This document shows, in pieces, positions 12,747 to 27,570 of a DNA stretch of 64,000 bases. The stretch's first letter is position 1; every line of letters starts with the position of its first letter. The position numbers were made by a program, and so were the translations under genes. The DNA lies in the NCBI RefSeq assembly GCF_009914755.1, contig NC_060934.1; one strand, written 5' to 3'. Under the pieces are notes generated by a model that made no database searches, had not been told where the DNA came from, and saw nothing but the letters and a program-made list of their open reading frames with translations. This DNA comes from the human T2T-CHM13v2.0 reference genome, Homo sapiens.

Positions 12747-13179
12747 GTATAAGCCACAGTGTCAGTATGGAAGACGATTTCCTCTTCTTTAGAGCTCCTG
12801 AGATAGGGTCTTTCCAGAGTATTATAGATTTGATCCTTAAGCAGGGTAAGGACTTGATATGGTTATTTCAAAATAAGTAATTAGCAGCTAACTGGTCACT
12901 GTAACAGACTCCTCACAGCCACAGAGCAGTAGTGAAACGTTCTCATTCATTATTCAAAACCCACTGTCTGCATTTATTCAGTGCTTTATTCTGTCTCTTG
13001 TTCATCTGTGTTTTGTTTCTTAGGGAAATTGCACTAGAATAGGATTGGCAGACTTAGGCTTATAGGTCCTAGCCTCCGATTCAATTAATGACCTTCAGTA
13101 TGACTTTGAATTTTTGAGACTGTCGGTTTACCCCTTCTTATTCTTGAAGGAGAGACGGGGATAAATTCAGAGACATTGT

Positions 13180-13390
13180 CGTGGATGGATTCTGGGTTCA
13201 GATCCAGGTTATTCAATTCATATCTTCATGATCTTGAATGAAGAAATTCACCTTTTTGTGTCTCAGTTTCCCCATCTGTAAAGTAGGCATATTGGTAGTA
13301 TCCCCCACATGAGGTTTTTGACAGGATTAAGTGAGTTAGCTGATTTAGCTAGAATGTTTAGAAGGGTAAATGTTATCAGGTTGTTTGCTT
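13180..13390 (+). mobile_element. MIR
   Basis: Core tctcagtttccccatctgtaaagtagg..aggattaagtgagtta. Confidence 0.75.
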
Positions 13391-13479
13391 ATTGTTTTCA
13401 TGATTATTTCCGAAAGAGGTAGTCCTGTCTAGCATTGAATAGATTGTTACAATCAATCCACATGGCTATCCTCTGACAT

Positions 13480-13610
13480 GGTTTTTATCCCAGTAGATGG
13501 AATCATGGCTCTATGAAGTAGAAGGACTTGCTTAAGGTCACTCAGCTGATAGGTGAGAGGGCAGGTATTCAAATCCAGTCTCATTAATTGGAGAGCCCAT
13601 GCACATTCTG
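13480..13610 (-). mobile_element. MIR
   Basis: gacttgcttaaggtcactcagctgataggtg..ggtattcaaatccagtct. Confidence 0.7.
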
Positions 13611-14804
13611 TGAATACTTTCACTTCTAAGATCGATCAATTCTGTATTCAGACTGGGCCTAATAATGCAAGTTAGAACAAGTATTTGAATAATTAATAAG
13701 GTAGCACACTATCACTTGAATATTTTCAGGTGAAGTATTTTCCTTACATTCTCCTTATTAGAGCATTAAACTGTGAAGCTGAATAGCATGTGCTGTTTAA
13801 GATCAAGCTGCATGACTCTTAGGGCTAGGTTTTGAGACTTTTTTTTCCTACTGCCAGGCATGATGTAGACAAGCCATAGACATTTTCTTTCTTATCTGTC
13901 TCCTGTAAGTGCCAAGCAAGTGAACCTCAGGTGAGTTTGCAACTCAGACTGAGTGTGTGGCCCGGTGGAACATGTGATTGAGTGCTGGTGGAGGTGGGAG
14001 TGGGAGAGGGGAAAAACATAATTAATTATTACCAGAGGGAAAGTTGAACTGGGTGGAGGTTTAGAATGATTCACCTGGATCTTTGACTCAAGTGCCTTAA
14101 TGAGTTTCTGCAACGCCTTCTGATAAAAGTTTGGCCAAGGAGACTTGTATTTCGCCCAGGGTGTAACCACCCCAAGCCTTTATCACTGTTTAGAAGCAGT
14201 GACTGCCATTTTGCAAAATGATGATTCAAAGATTGGAAAGTAAAGGGGAAAGGCTCAGCTTAACTGGGTTGCTGTTTTGGGATACCACACGGCAGAGGTG
14301 TTAGCTGATTAACCTATCGAGAATAAAGAAATATGACTGAGAAATACCAGAGGTGAAACTAGGCTCGAAAAGTGGGACAGAACAGCCAAGAAGGGGAGAA
14401 AAACAGATCAAAGTAGGGGAAGCAAGTCTTTGCCAGAAAATCATCCAAACCAAACAACAAACATGGGTTTTGGCAATAATGGAATTGCCTTTCTTTGAAA
14501 ACAGTGGATTCAACAAATATTTGTGAGTTCCCGAGGAGGTGTTTTAAATCACTGTGCCTCTTGCTGCATTTGTAACCACCTTCTTAGTGTACTGAGCTTG
14601 GTAGATAACCCCCACTATTCATTTTTAAGCTTCTTTTAAAAATATCTAATTCCATCTGTTAAATGTCCAAAGGAGGAAAATGAGACGTTCCTACCTGCTG
14701 AAGGTGCTTTCTAAAGTCAAACAATTGTGTTAAGCCTCTTCTTACGAGCTCTAAAGGTTTGTGATTGCAAAAAGAGTTCAGACATATTAGCCTGATGTAC
14801 AAGC

Positions 14805-15183
<379 letters not shown>

Positions 15184-15878
15184 TAACTGCTTTGGATTAG
15201 GTGACCTTCCCAGGCCATGAGAGTCCTTAGCTTTTTGACCTCTATTGCACAGAATCTTCTTCTGCCTGGAATCCAAGTCCTCATTTTTCTGCACCTGGGA
15301 GACTTCTATTTTCCTTCAAGAGGCAGATTCTGCCACTTCAAAAAGATTGTGTTTTGGTTGTCTATCTTCCTGTGCCCATTTAGTAATTTCCAAAAAAACA
15401 GATATATATTTGTTACAATACAGTATGCATATATCAAAATTTATTTAACCTTTCCTCTAATATTTAGGGAGTTGCCACTTTTTTCTCTCCTATAAATATA
15501 ACACAATAATTGCGCTCACACATAGATCCCTCTGATTTTTGCTGATGCTTTTCTAGGAAAAAAATTTTAAAAAATGATAAGAATAAAGAGTTTTAATACT
15601 TTCCTGCCCTTGGTACACATGCCATGTAGTTTTCTATAAAGGTTTATCTTTCAGTGTTGGATCTGTCTCCACCCTGGGTCTCATTCTCAATTTAAAAAAA
15701 AAAAAAAAGAAAGGAAAAGAAAAGTTTTGCTTATTTTGTAAACAAAAGTGCTGTTTATATTTAATATAGATTTTTCTGATTAGTAGTTAGGCTAAAGTTA
15801 TCTTTCTGTTACTTGTGGGTATCTGTATTCCTTCTTCTATGAATTGGCTTTTCTGACCATTTGCCCATTTACTTTTCT

Positions 15879-16166
15879 CTTTTAGAGCTGGGGTCCCACT
15901 CTGTTGCCCAGGTTGTAGTGCAGTGGTGCCATCATAGCTCACTGCAGCCTGGAACTCCTGGGCTCAAGCAATCCTCCCACATCAGTCTCCTGAGTATCTG
16001 GGACTACAGGCATGCACCACCAGCTAATTCTTTTATTTTTATTTTTTTATAGGGCAAGGTCTTCGTTTGTTGCCCAGGCAGGTCTTGAACTCCTGTCCTC
16101 AAGTGATTCTCCTGCCTTGGCCTCCCAATGTGCTGGCATTACAGGCATGAACCACTGCACCCTGCC
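15879..16166 (-). mobile_element. AluJ
   Basis: catcatagctcactgcagcc..gggctcaagcaatcctccc. Confidence 0.9.
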
Positions 16167-16175
16167 CCAATGTTA

Positions 16176-16568
<393 letters not shown>

Positions 16569-16569
16569 C

Positions 16570-16780
16570 TATTGAGCTGTTATCATATTCCAGATATGTT
16601 GCACTGATTATCTCTCCTAATAATACCATGAAGTAGGCACTATTATACCCGTTTCAAAGATGAACAAGTTGATGCACAGAGAGGTTAAATAATTGTGTAG
16701 ACCCACATAGTCAGTAAGGGATAGGAAAGATACAAATTCCAGCAGCCTGATCTGAGAATCTTCATTCTCAGCAGATACCG
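16570..16780 (-). mobile_element. MIR
   Basis: tattatacccgtttcaaagatgaacaagttgatgcacagagaggttaaataatt. Confidence 0.75.
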
Positions 16781-16799
16781 TCAACCATTTCACTTCTCC

Positions 16800-17145
16800 C
16801 TTTTTAACATCAGATTTGTAGAGATATCAATCATATTTAGTAAAATCCATCCTTTTAAGGTGTACAGCTCTACACATTTTGACATCATGCCATAATCAAG
16901 ATACAGAATATTCTATCACCCACTCCTAGTCAGCCCCCTTCCCCTCTCCCAGTCCCTGGCAATTGCTCCTGTGTTTTTTGTTAACATAGTTTTGACTTTT
17001 CCAGAATGTTATGTAAGTGGCATCGTGCTGTATATGGCTTTTTGAGTCTTCCTTCTTTTACCTAGCTTCATGCTTCTGAAGTTCTTATCTGATGTTGCAC
17101 GTGTCAGCAGCTCATTCCTTTTTATTGCTATATAGTATTTCATTT
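16800..17145 (-). mobile_element. Old L1 (L1M) 3' fragment
   Basis: ttttaaggtgtacag..ataatcaagatacagaatatt..ttttccagaatgttatgtaagtgg. Confidence 0.8.
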
Positions 17146-17871
17146 TTTTCGGTGTAACTTATTTTTTGTTGTGGTTTTCCTTTTACGTTTGTATCCTTCA
17201 TTTATACTATGTGCCCTTTGAGGGTACCAGTGATGCCCTGGTCATCTTTATGATCTTGACACAGCACTTCACTCACGGTTGTGGTCTGTAGATTTCCATC
17301 ATAGAAATGAAGTAGTAAGGGACCATGGCAAACACAATATACACACTCATTAATAGTAAAATAAATGAAAGTTATTCAAATTTTAGGTATCTTTGTATGC
17401 CAATTAAGCTAGCAAAACAATAGACAATTTTTTAAAAAAAATCACTGAAGGCGAGGATCCAGGGGACATACATTCATATATGACTGCCATTGGTGGAATT
17501 TATACATTTATAAATTGGTTTAATTTTGCTAGACACAAACCTGCAATGATGTAAAAGGAGCTAGACACTCTTCTAGACCTAGATCCATTCATTCAATTAT
17601 TAGGCAGGTATGCAAAAGAGAAATCTGAATAAAGATATATATATATAGCAGAACCATTTGTAAAGTCTCACGTTTTAAGCAATTCAAACACTTCCAAATT
17701 AGGAAATATGGAAGGTAACTACATATTGCAGCATAAATCTACTATGTAGATTAAAAATGAGAATAACATGACTGATGTAATGTGCAAATACATGAAAATA
17801 AGAAATTAGGATTGGTAAGTTTCTATTAATTTTTAAAATTTGTAAAATATATCTCGAAGAGTCATTACCCC

Positions 17872-17876
<5 letters not shown>

Positions 17877-17916
<40 letters not shown>
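17877..17916. repeat. (CA)n microsatellite
   Basis: Read directly. Confidence 0.95.
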
Positions 17917-17924
<8 letters not shown>

Positions 17925-19176
17925 GTTACTAAAGTAAGATAAAAAGAAATCTCTCTGTGGCAGTTGTAGTTGCTCAATCAGATGGCAATTCTGATGTTAT
18001 GTAGATAGTCATGCTGGAACAAAAGAATATCTAAAACACAGACCACGCCATCTGATATTGTGGCTGAGGCAGTGACTATCTGTATACAATTAAAATTGAA
18101 TGGAATCAACTTTACAGGTTTTTCAGGCCACTGTCCTTAACTGTTTACTCCCTCTTTTCTCATATGTAGGTTTCCCTCAATTACTAGATATTTGGTGTGG
18201 AATTGCCTAAGTGAATTAATTAAATTGTTTTTATTTAGAATGAACAAAGAGTTTAATAGGGATAGATGCAGTTTATTTTCTTTGAAAGTTTCATGCTTGG
18301 CTGAATATTCATTTTCTGTTTGGTTCCAGGTCTTCCTGGTTTTTGGAAGACTGTGCTAGTTTGGTGAGTATTTGACAATTCAAGTTTCTTCTACATAGAA
18401 GGCATCAGAGTGACATTTCCTAGGAAAATTCATGCTGTGGGCACAGGCTGTGTGACAGTGAAATGACAATATTAGGTGCTCGGGCTCCATCCTTTCTGTC
18501 CCCTTTCAGAACATGTTTTAAACATATTAAAGACGTTTTTCTCTCTTGTGGTAAGTTAATTTTGACACTCATAGGTCAACAGTGACATCAGTCATTTGTT
18601 TTGGTGATGAGCACTTCTGTAATATTTCTTGTGTAGAGTTGGCAGGAATCTTACAGTCCTTCTCCCAACAGCTGAAAAGACTGAAGTGTTGAAAACAACT
18701 TGTCGAATATAAAAGCAAGAGCCCTAGATCTCCGAGAAAGCACATCTTTGCTCTTAAAGTCAAGGCTGGCTCTCAGTAGGGCACATCCACTCAGACTTTC
18801 TGGCCCTGTCCATGAGCACTCTGGATCTCTGCAATGGGGCAACGTAATGAACCATCCTTTGGTGTTACCTGAGAGTGAAGAGAGAAAGATGCATAATGAA
18901 CCATGAATCACAGGAGGTCGGGATGTGAACACTGGAAGGGGTGATGGCACATTCTAAATAGCCTTGAATAAGCATTATATGACTGCTACGAAGGTAGGAG
19001 ATCAGGGGTAACTGAAGATTACCCCTGATTGCTTACCCATGCAGCTTATCATTGATGTTAGGACACACTACATACCCAGACCTGAACCTCACAATCTTCT
19101 TCTAAAGCATTCCAAAAAGTGCTACATGAGACGCATTCGATGAATACATTCAAAGGCGAAGCAGAATAAGGGCTGA

Positions 19177-19539
<363 letters not shown>

Positions 19540-19629
19540 TGATTCATGAAATCTAACAGAGCAGAAGAGGTAGAATATTTGGAAATAAAGGGAAATATGA
19601 AAGAGGAAGGGAGAGTACATTGTCTTTCT

Positions 19630-20830
19630 TATTTACTGAGAGTATATCATGCACCTAACCCTGGAGATGGTGTTTAGGGATCAAGAGTAACTGAGATAAG
19701 TTGGTGAAAGGAATGGTCCTGTCATGAAGGAGGTTTCAAGTTTACAGGGTGCTTAGGCAAGTTGAACTCAATTATAAGAGTGGGAGAATGTTCATTTGGG
19801 CAATTGTAGGGCACTAACCAGTTGATTATTGGATGTGACTTTATAGAAAAATCTTCTAGGAGACATTGGCAACTAAGTTAAGGCTTAAAGGAAGGGGAGA
19901 GATGACCTGGGTACGGGAGACTCTGGCTGTCATGTGGAGAAGTTTGGATGTACATTTCATCTTACGTCCCCCTTACAGAGGGAAATGGGGACCCAGTGAA
20001 AGATCCTAAGCCAGGAATTGATAGGATTAAGTTTGCATCTTAAAGGGGTTACTCTGGTTACAGAAGTGACAATGGATTGGAGAGAGACAAACTGAAGGTG
20101 AGGATAGTTCGAAGACTGTTGCGGTAATCTAAGCAATCAATGAGCCAAGCCAAAGTCTCAATGGAGACACAGGAGTGTGTGCGAATTAATGAGATGGACA
20201 GGAGACAGAATCACAGCAGTGAGTAAGGCTTGAAAAAGAGTGAGGCAAGACTAACTCCCAGGTTTTGGGTTTTGGCCATGGGATGGATGACACTGCGTGT
20301 CCTGAGCTGGACAACACAGAAAGAGTTGTGGGTTTCAGAACAGGAGGGGTGAGACAGGAACAGGCAACAAGTTTAGCTTTTCTTTTCTTGTTTAGTTTTT
20401 CTTTTCTTTTATGTACTTTTCTTTCTTTTTTTTTTTTGGAGACAGAGGCTTGCTCTGTCACCCAGGCTTGAGTTCAGTGGCCTGAATACGTTCACTACAG
20501 CCTTGACCTCCCCAGCTCAAGTGATCCTCCTGTCTCAGCCGCCCAAGTAGCTGGGACTACAGGTGCTTACCACCATGCCTGGTTAAATTTTGTATTTTTT
20601 GTAGAGATGGGGTTTCACCATGTTTCCAGATTGATCCTGAACTTCTGACCTCAAGCAGTCTGCTTGCCTTAGCCCCTTGATTTTCTTAAATTCAAGATTT
20701 TTGTGAGACATCCAAGTGGAGATGTCTTACAGGAAGTTAGTAATGATGGAATGGCAAAGAACTGAGCTTATGAGAAAGGGACATGGATTTGAGGGTGATG
20801 AGAAGGGTCAGAAAAGACTTTGAAGAGATA
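19630..20830 (-). mobile_element. L2 fragments interrupted by an AluJ
   Basis: ctctggctgtcatgtggaga, aatggattggagag, gagacatccaagtggagatgtc. Confidence 0.65.
20390..20677 (-). mobile_element. AluJ, 5'-truncated
   Basis: cactacagccttgacctccccagctcaagtgatcctcc. Confidence 0.9.
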
Positions 20831-21279
20831 TGGAACCAAATGATGGATTCAGGAATGTAATTTATGCTAATTCCAAGGGTTCTTGGAATTATAGAGAGGA
20901 GAGCTTGATATTATCAGTGTCTGCTTATATTAATCCCTAAGAATCAGAACTTTAATGAGGCTTAAAGAAAAGTTTAGGAGGAAGCAGTGGTGCTAAATAG
21001 ACTGAAAGCTACCAACTGGAACAGTAAAGACATCTCATAGTGGTGCTGTCAGTGATTTTACTTAAACCATTTGCTTCTAGATAACATCAAACTTCCACCT
21101 GTAAGGCAAGGATAGCAATCTGACTCACAGCACTGTTTAAAATTGATCATAATATGCCTTAAAATGATCTTGATCACACCAGTCTTGATCAGTTTAGGAG
21201 TTCCTGACTGCATTTGATATGGGATTTCTAAAAATAGTGTTTCATTTGCCCAACTAGGATCATTCATATTTGTAAGATA

Positions 21280-21520
21280 CTTGACTTTGTATAAACACCT
21301 TCAAAGACATTACATCATTTGCTTCTCTCAGTAATCTAGTGAAATAGGCAAGAGAGTCATTATTATTCTTTCAATTTTACAGATGAAGAAAACTGGGGCT
21401 ATAAAAGGTGAAATGACTTGTCCAAGATAAGTCACTATCTAGTAAGTGGCAGATCTGGAAATCTATCTATTAAAGGCACCTGGACTACAAATATGATTAA
21501 AATTTTTACCACTATTCCAT
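21280..21520 (-). mobile_element. MIR
   Basis: attttacagatgaagaaaactggggct..gtgaaatgacttgtccaag..agtaagtggcaga. Confidence 0.8.
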
Positions 21521-22082
21521 AACAGTCCATCACTTAGTCTTTTGATTCAGGTTAAATGATTTAACTAGATCAGCTGGACTATACAGATTAGAGAATGTAT
21601 GAGACAGTCAGCCATGTGCAAGCCATTGGGTAAGGTATTGGAGAGACACAATGACAAGTACAAGACATCTTTGGGAACTGAAAATCTCCTTGAAGCACAT
21701 AAAATAAAAGTGCCTGGTCAATTGGAAATAGTAATACAGACATAAAATGATAGCAATAATCTAAGAGATCTTAAATTGTTGAGGATGGACCATCAGTACT
21801 CTAGAGATTCAGAGAGAAAGTCATTTGCACAAACTTTGTGGAGGAAGCATGACTTGAATTTAGCCTAGGAGATAATCAGAGAGAAAAATGAAAGCAGCTA
21901 AGGCCAGGACACACACAGGGCACAGTGGCAATGAGAAGGAACAGTCAAGATTGCATGGCAGGGAGTAGAACCGGTTGGTTGGAATGAATGTTTTATGCAA
22001 AGATGTTATGTTGAAAATTCTGTAGAGGTAAAGTGGGCAGATGTTAAAGAGCTTTGAAATATTAATCTAAGAGGGTTAGTAA

Positions 22083-22449
<367 letters not shown>

Positions 22450-24504
22450 AAGATTAGTTTTTAAAAGATCACATGGGTTAATTCAGTGGAAGATTTCTGA
22501 AATTTCACTGTACTGATTGATTCGTTTGTTAAAAATTAATCTCATTTCGTTGTTCAGCTTCCTAACCACAGTTAGGGAAAATCTTCCCTCCTCCTCCATT
22601 AGAAATCAACTGCATTTAAGTAATAAAAGTTTAACATATAATTTATGTGCTATTTTCTACTAAATTGCTGAGGTTTTCAAAAAGCAACCTGCTGAGGATC
22701 TTTGGAGAATGTTTTACCTGCTAATGGAGAACCTCCCTTCTTTGGGGACTTTCCTGAGAATTTCCTTGAGGTTAGCTTTCATTACATTCAATGGATCAAG
22801 ACTAACACATTGAAAAGACAACTTTTTCCAACAAGGGAAAGCAAATGTCAAAAACTGACAAAAGAAGTCAGAAAATGTGGCAATTCTTTGGCTTACAGTT
22901 AGAGAAGATGATGGCATCCGACATTTTAAGCCACCCGTTTAAAACACACACACATCCCAGTACTTAAGGAAGCTAAAGCTGAGGCTACTTTAAATCTTAT
23001 CAAAACCACTATCAGGAAAAGAAGACAAAAAATACTGTATGTTTACTGATAGCCCTAGTCACTATTAATGTCTGACAAATTATATAGCCAGTAGACAACT
23101 TTGAGTTATCTTCTGGCGATATCAATGATGTTACAACACTGGCGATGGCTTAGCCTGAACAGTGACAAGAGGCTAAGAGCTTCTGTACTGATGTCTGATT
23201 ATGTAATATTCGAGGTGTGCCAAAAACTTCTAATCAGGATAAATGAGTTCTGGGGGGTGAAAAGAAAAATGCATTACCTATGTTAGCATAGATTCTGAGA
23301 CGCTCATCAGGAAACACATTTCATGGTCTCAAAAGAGCTCTGTGGTTCTTCTGTGAAAGGCGAGTACTTTCCAACTCGACAAAGGTTTCACTATTACTTG
23401 GTGAAACTGAGTCAGGCACTGTTTTGCAAGTAAACTGAGTAAAAGAAACATTCATTTATACAAATTGCGAATCCTTCTGATTCCACAGAAGAGCTAATTT
23501 CCACATTCAGAACACGTGAACTCTTCGGCAGGATCGACTTCATTCTACTTCAGCATGAAGTTAAATTAAATCCTCCAGAGAAACCAATTTGGGGAACTGT
23601 CTTTTTAAAACACTATTTTTTCTTCTTCTTCTTCTAACAGATCTGGGTCCTATAATACAGGCAATATAAAGATTTTGACTTTAACTACATAAACAATCTT
23701 TCAACCACAATGGACCAACAGTAATTCTGAGTGAAGATATTTATTTCTTGATATCTTGATAATATGATGCATTTTTATTGGCTCTGGGATAACTTGTATG
23801 TATATTTTCATTGTAAGTGACTTTGAACCTTTGGCATCTGGTCTCTAGAGTTTTGGTGGCTGTGTTTACTTTCAGAAATTTTCTTATGCTACTAACAATA
23901 GGGTTATCTGAGATACGACTGAATCTTAAGTGCTAGCCAAAAAAGAAAAGAAAGAAAGAAAAATCATGTCTTGGACCAGATTTGACCTGTGGGCTGCCAG
24001 TTTGCAACCACTGATTTAGTTTTATTCTTAGTGAGTTACTCATGGACATATAATTTGTCGGTGACAGAGGTGGATCAAAAACAGAGGTTCCCCTAATTTT
24101 TAGCCTTAAATTTTCCCCATCGTATCATGCTCCCAATTTTATTTTATATATTTCTTCTCAATCAAATGGCTCTGTACCATTAAATTTTATTTTTAGAAAT
24201 ATCAAATCTATCTTTGTTCCAGGTTGATTTCTCTCAATAAAACTTGGGTTTATAAAAATGCTCATCGCCTTTCTTCTATTTCATATAAAAGGTTGAAAGG
24301 GCTTCATGCTTGATTTTAAGTTAAGATAATAAAGTCATAAAAGACATAAAAATAATGTGTGAGCAAATGTCTTTGCCTGCTGTCTTCACAATTTTTATTT
24401 CAATAATCACCTGAAATCAATGTTTTGGTGACGAAGAATGCAGGTGGACTAAAAATGGAAATGTGTTGCAATAATTCGGTAATGAATTTTATTATTGCCC
24501 CACA

Positions 24505-25055
24505 TTGTGGATACTGTTGGTTATCCACCCAACACCTGTGCCCCTGTACTCATTAATTAAGAACCTAATTACTTATACATTCACCCCTCCCTCTGATGAC
24601 TAAGGAGCAGACGACTTCGTTCTCCACTGTGGGAGCAGATCATGCTTAATCTGGGGCAGTAAGTGCAGGCATTTATCTGTTTTCTCTTACTGGCCCAGGG
24701 GTAGGTCTATAGTAGTAGACCCAACAGACTGATGGGGGCACTTACACCCAGTGCTTGAGGGAGAGCTTTCTCTCTTGGTCCTGCCAGACATGAACAAGAG
24801 AACTCTGTAGTTCTAATTGCCATGGGCAGCCACCTGATGACCATGAGGGTGACCAACCTTAAGGTGAAATTGATGCCTGCAGGGAGGTAAGACAGAAAGA
24901 AACACAGTCTTCATTGACATGATTGTGCTGATGATCATACTGAGCCTGGAGCTCTCCTTTCATTCTCTGAATTTGCAGTTATGTGAAATAGTACATTTCC
25001 TTGCTATTTAAGCTAGTTGGTGATGGGGCTTTCTATCACCTGCTGCTGAAAAGGT
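24505..25055 (+). mobile_element. MLT1 (J/K-like) MaLR LTR
   Basis: ggcagccacctgatgaccatgaggg; 3' end cagttatgtgaaatagtacatttccttgctatttaagctagtt. Confidence 0.65.
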
Positions 25056-25439
25056 CATTGCACACATTCTAAAGCTGCTAGAAGAGTGTGAGGAAAGATG
25101 TGTTCACTTGTTTTGCCTTCTCCTCTATGTTTACAATGGAAATCTGCAGTGCAGAAATGATCTTACCTATGTAGAAAATCATTAGTGCATGAGGCAGAAG
25201 CCTGGACTCTAGTTTGGACCCTGGCACATTTATGGGCTATGTGATGTTGGATTAAACACTTAGCATCACTTAGCTTCTTTCTTTCTCTTTAAATGGGCAG
25301 AAAATACCTGCCCCAACTACCTTACAGGGTTTCTGTAAGAATAAAATAAGATAATGTCAGTGAAACTGCTTTGAAGAGTACAGGCTCTCTCTCTCTATAT
25401 ATATATATGTGTGTGTATATATATATCTTATATGTATAA

Positions 25440-25765
<326 letters not shown>

Positions 25766-26139
25766 TCAATATAGATATTTTAAATGTTAATCACCCACTC
25801 CTATGAGACTCCTCTTAAATATGTTTCTGATGAAATTATCACAACAAATCTTGCAGGAGAGTGGTGGTATCCCCAGTATACAAGTGGGAGAAACTGAGCC
25901 TCAAAAAGCCTAAATACTTTGCCCATGGCCACCCAGATGGCAACCAATAGAATGGGCATTCCAATCTGGGTCTATCTGACTCCAAACCTACACTTCACCC
26001 ACTATGCCTCCTACGTAGTGTGATGAGCTGTGGTTGGGAAGGCCTGTCAAAATCCTAGACGCAATTAAAATGGGCACCAGGAATTGCTACTCCCCCTTGA
26101 ACACCTCCTGTCTCCCGGCTCTGTGCTTGACCTCCACAG

Positions 26140-26300
26140 TCTCATTGACTCCCCTCGAGAGCCTTGGGAGGTACGGCATTACTATCCACATCTTATAGAC
26201 GAGAAAATGATGTGCAAAATACAAATGTCTGTCTTGCCCAAAGTTGCATAGTAGACAAGTGATTGAGACAGGATTCAGACCTTTATCTAGGTCTAGTAAA
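26140..26300 (-). mobile_element. MIR
   Basis: ttatagacgagaaaatga..cttgcccaaagttgcatag..caggattcagacc. Confidence 0.65.
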
Positions 26301-26372
26301 GTCTTAATTGAATGCATTACCTCCTAGGTTGGAAAAGAAGCAGGTGATATGAGGGCCAAGGAAAGAGATCAC

Positions 26373-26658
26373 TATTATTGAGGTGTAAGCGTGAGTGTGG
26401 CTGGGGTTTCAAGTCAAATGTACACAGGACAGCCCTGCTGTAATCAGTGCTGGCTACCTGGGTTGTTACTCTCTGATAACACCAATAGATAGTAAGTAGT
26501 TGTTACTCGCTAATGGCACTAATAGATAGTAAACTCTAATGGTAAACTCACGCTTATTACTGAGGTGTAAGCATGAATGTGGCTGGAGTTTGAAGTCAAA
26601 CATACACACAACAGCACTGCTGTATCAGTGCTGGCTACCTGGGTTGTTATTCTCTAAT
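26373..26658 (+). repeat. Spaced tandem duplication (26373-26477 and 26555-26658) with nested smaller repeats in the spacer
   Basis: tgaggtgtaagc.tga.tgtggctgg..aagtcaaa..atcagtgctggctacctgggttgtta.tctct occurs twice, period ~182 bp. Confidence 0.95.
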
Positions 26659-27319
26659 CCCATGTCAACCTTCCTGTTGGGAGAGAACTGTTGTGCACAG
26701 CCCTACCCAGTCGGTGTGGTGCAGGGAGGCCCCACCAGGAGAGACCAGAGAGGGCCAGCAAGTCTGGGAGAGACCTAAACAGCAACCAGGGACATTTTTC
26801 CCATAAGAAAAACAACCAGAAACTGATAATCCCCAAACCTATAACATGCTAATAATTTTTGATATAAATAGCTTTAAAATTGATCACTGCCGTAAGTAAT
26901 ATAGTAAATGTAATTCAAAAGTTTTTAGTGACGTTGGCGTCATGGTAGTGCACAGGCACATTATTCTGTGGTAACAATTGTTTAGTCTGTCTTTCCCTAA
27001 TGCCAGACAATTTGCAATCACTCTGGCTCCCAAGGCGTTTTTCTTTCAGCATTCTTTCTCCTTCCTAATTTGGGCATCTGATTTGCTGTCGTCTGAGAAA
27101 TTGAATAAATGCAGTTGTTAGAATTGCATGTAAAATAGGAATCAATGAAGCCTGCACAACCAGCAGTGTGGTGATGAGGGCTCTGTGGCTGCAGAGATTT
27201 TGGAAGATTGGGTAGCTACATTCCATATGATAGGGTTTTCCTTAAGACTGATCGAAAGAATTCATGAGGTCACTTGGTCCGACCCTCTTATGCAGTATAT
27301 GAGGAAACTATGACTCAGC

Positions 27320-27570
27320 TAATAACAATGAGCCAATATGTATTGAGTATTTATGATGGTCCAAGCAATACTGTACACGCATGATCTCATTCGCTCCCCC
27401 CTGCCCCCGTCACAGCTCTGTGGACTAGAAACTGTTACGCTCATTTCACAGATGAGAAAACAGACGCACAAGAAGGTTTAGTAACTTGCCCAAAGTTACA
27501 CGGTTCATAAGCAGTTGAGAGAGAGCTCAAATCCACACAGACTGGTTGAGCAGGGCCATGGTAACCACTG
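27320..27570 (-). mobile_element. MIR
   Basis: catttcacagatgagaaaacagacgcacaagaaggtttagtaacttgcccaaagttacac. Confidence 0.8.

Noticed and set aside
18708-18715. Plus-strand TATAAAAG as a promoter (also at ~21400, ~24284, ~41242)
   Set aside because: Expected several times by chance in AT-rich DNA, with no supporting CpG or GC-box context.
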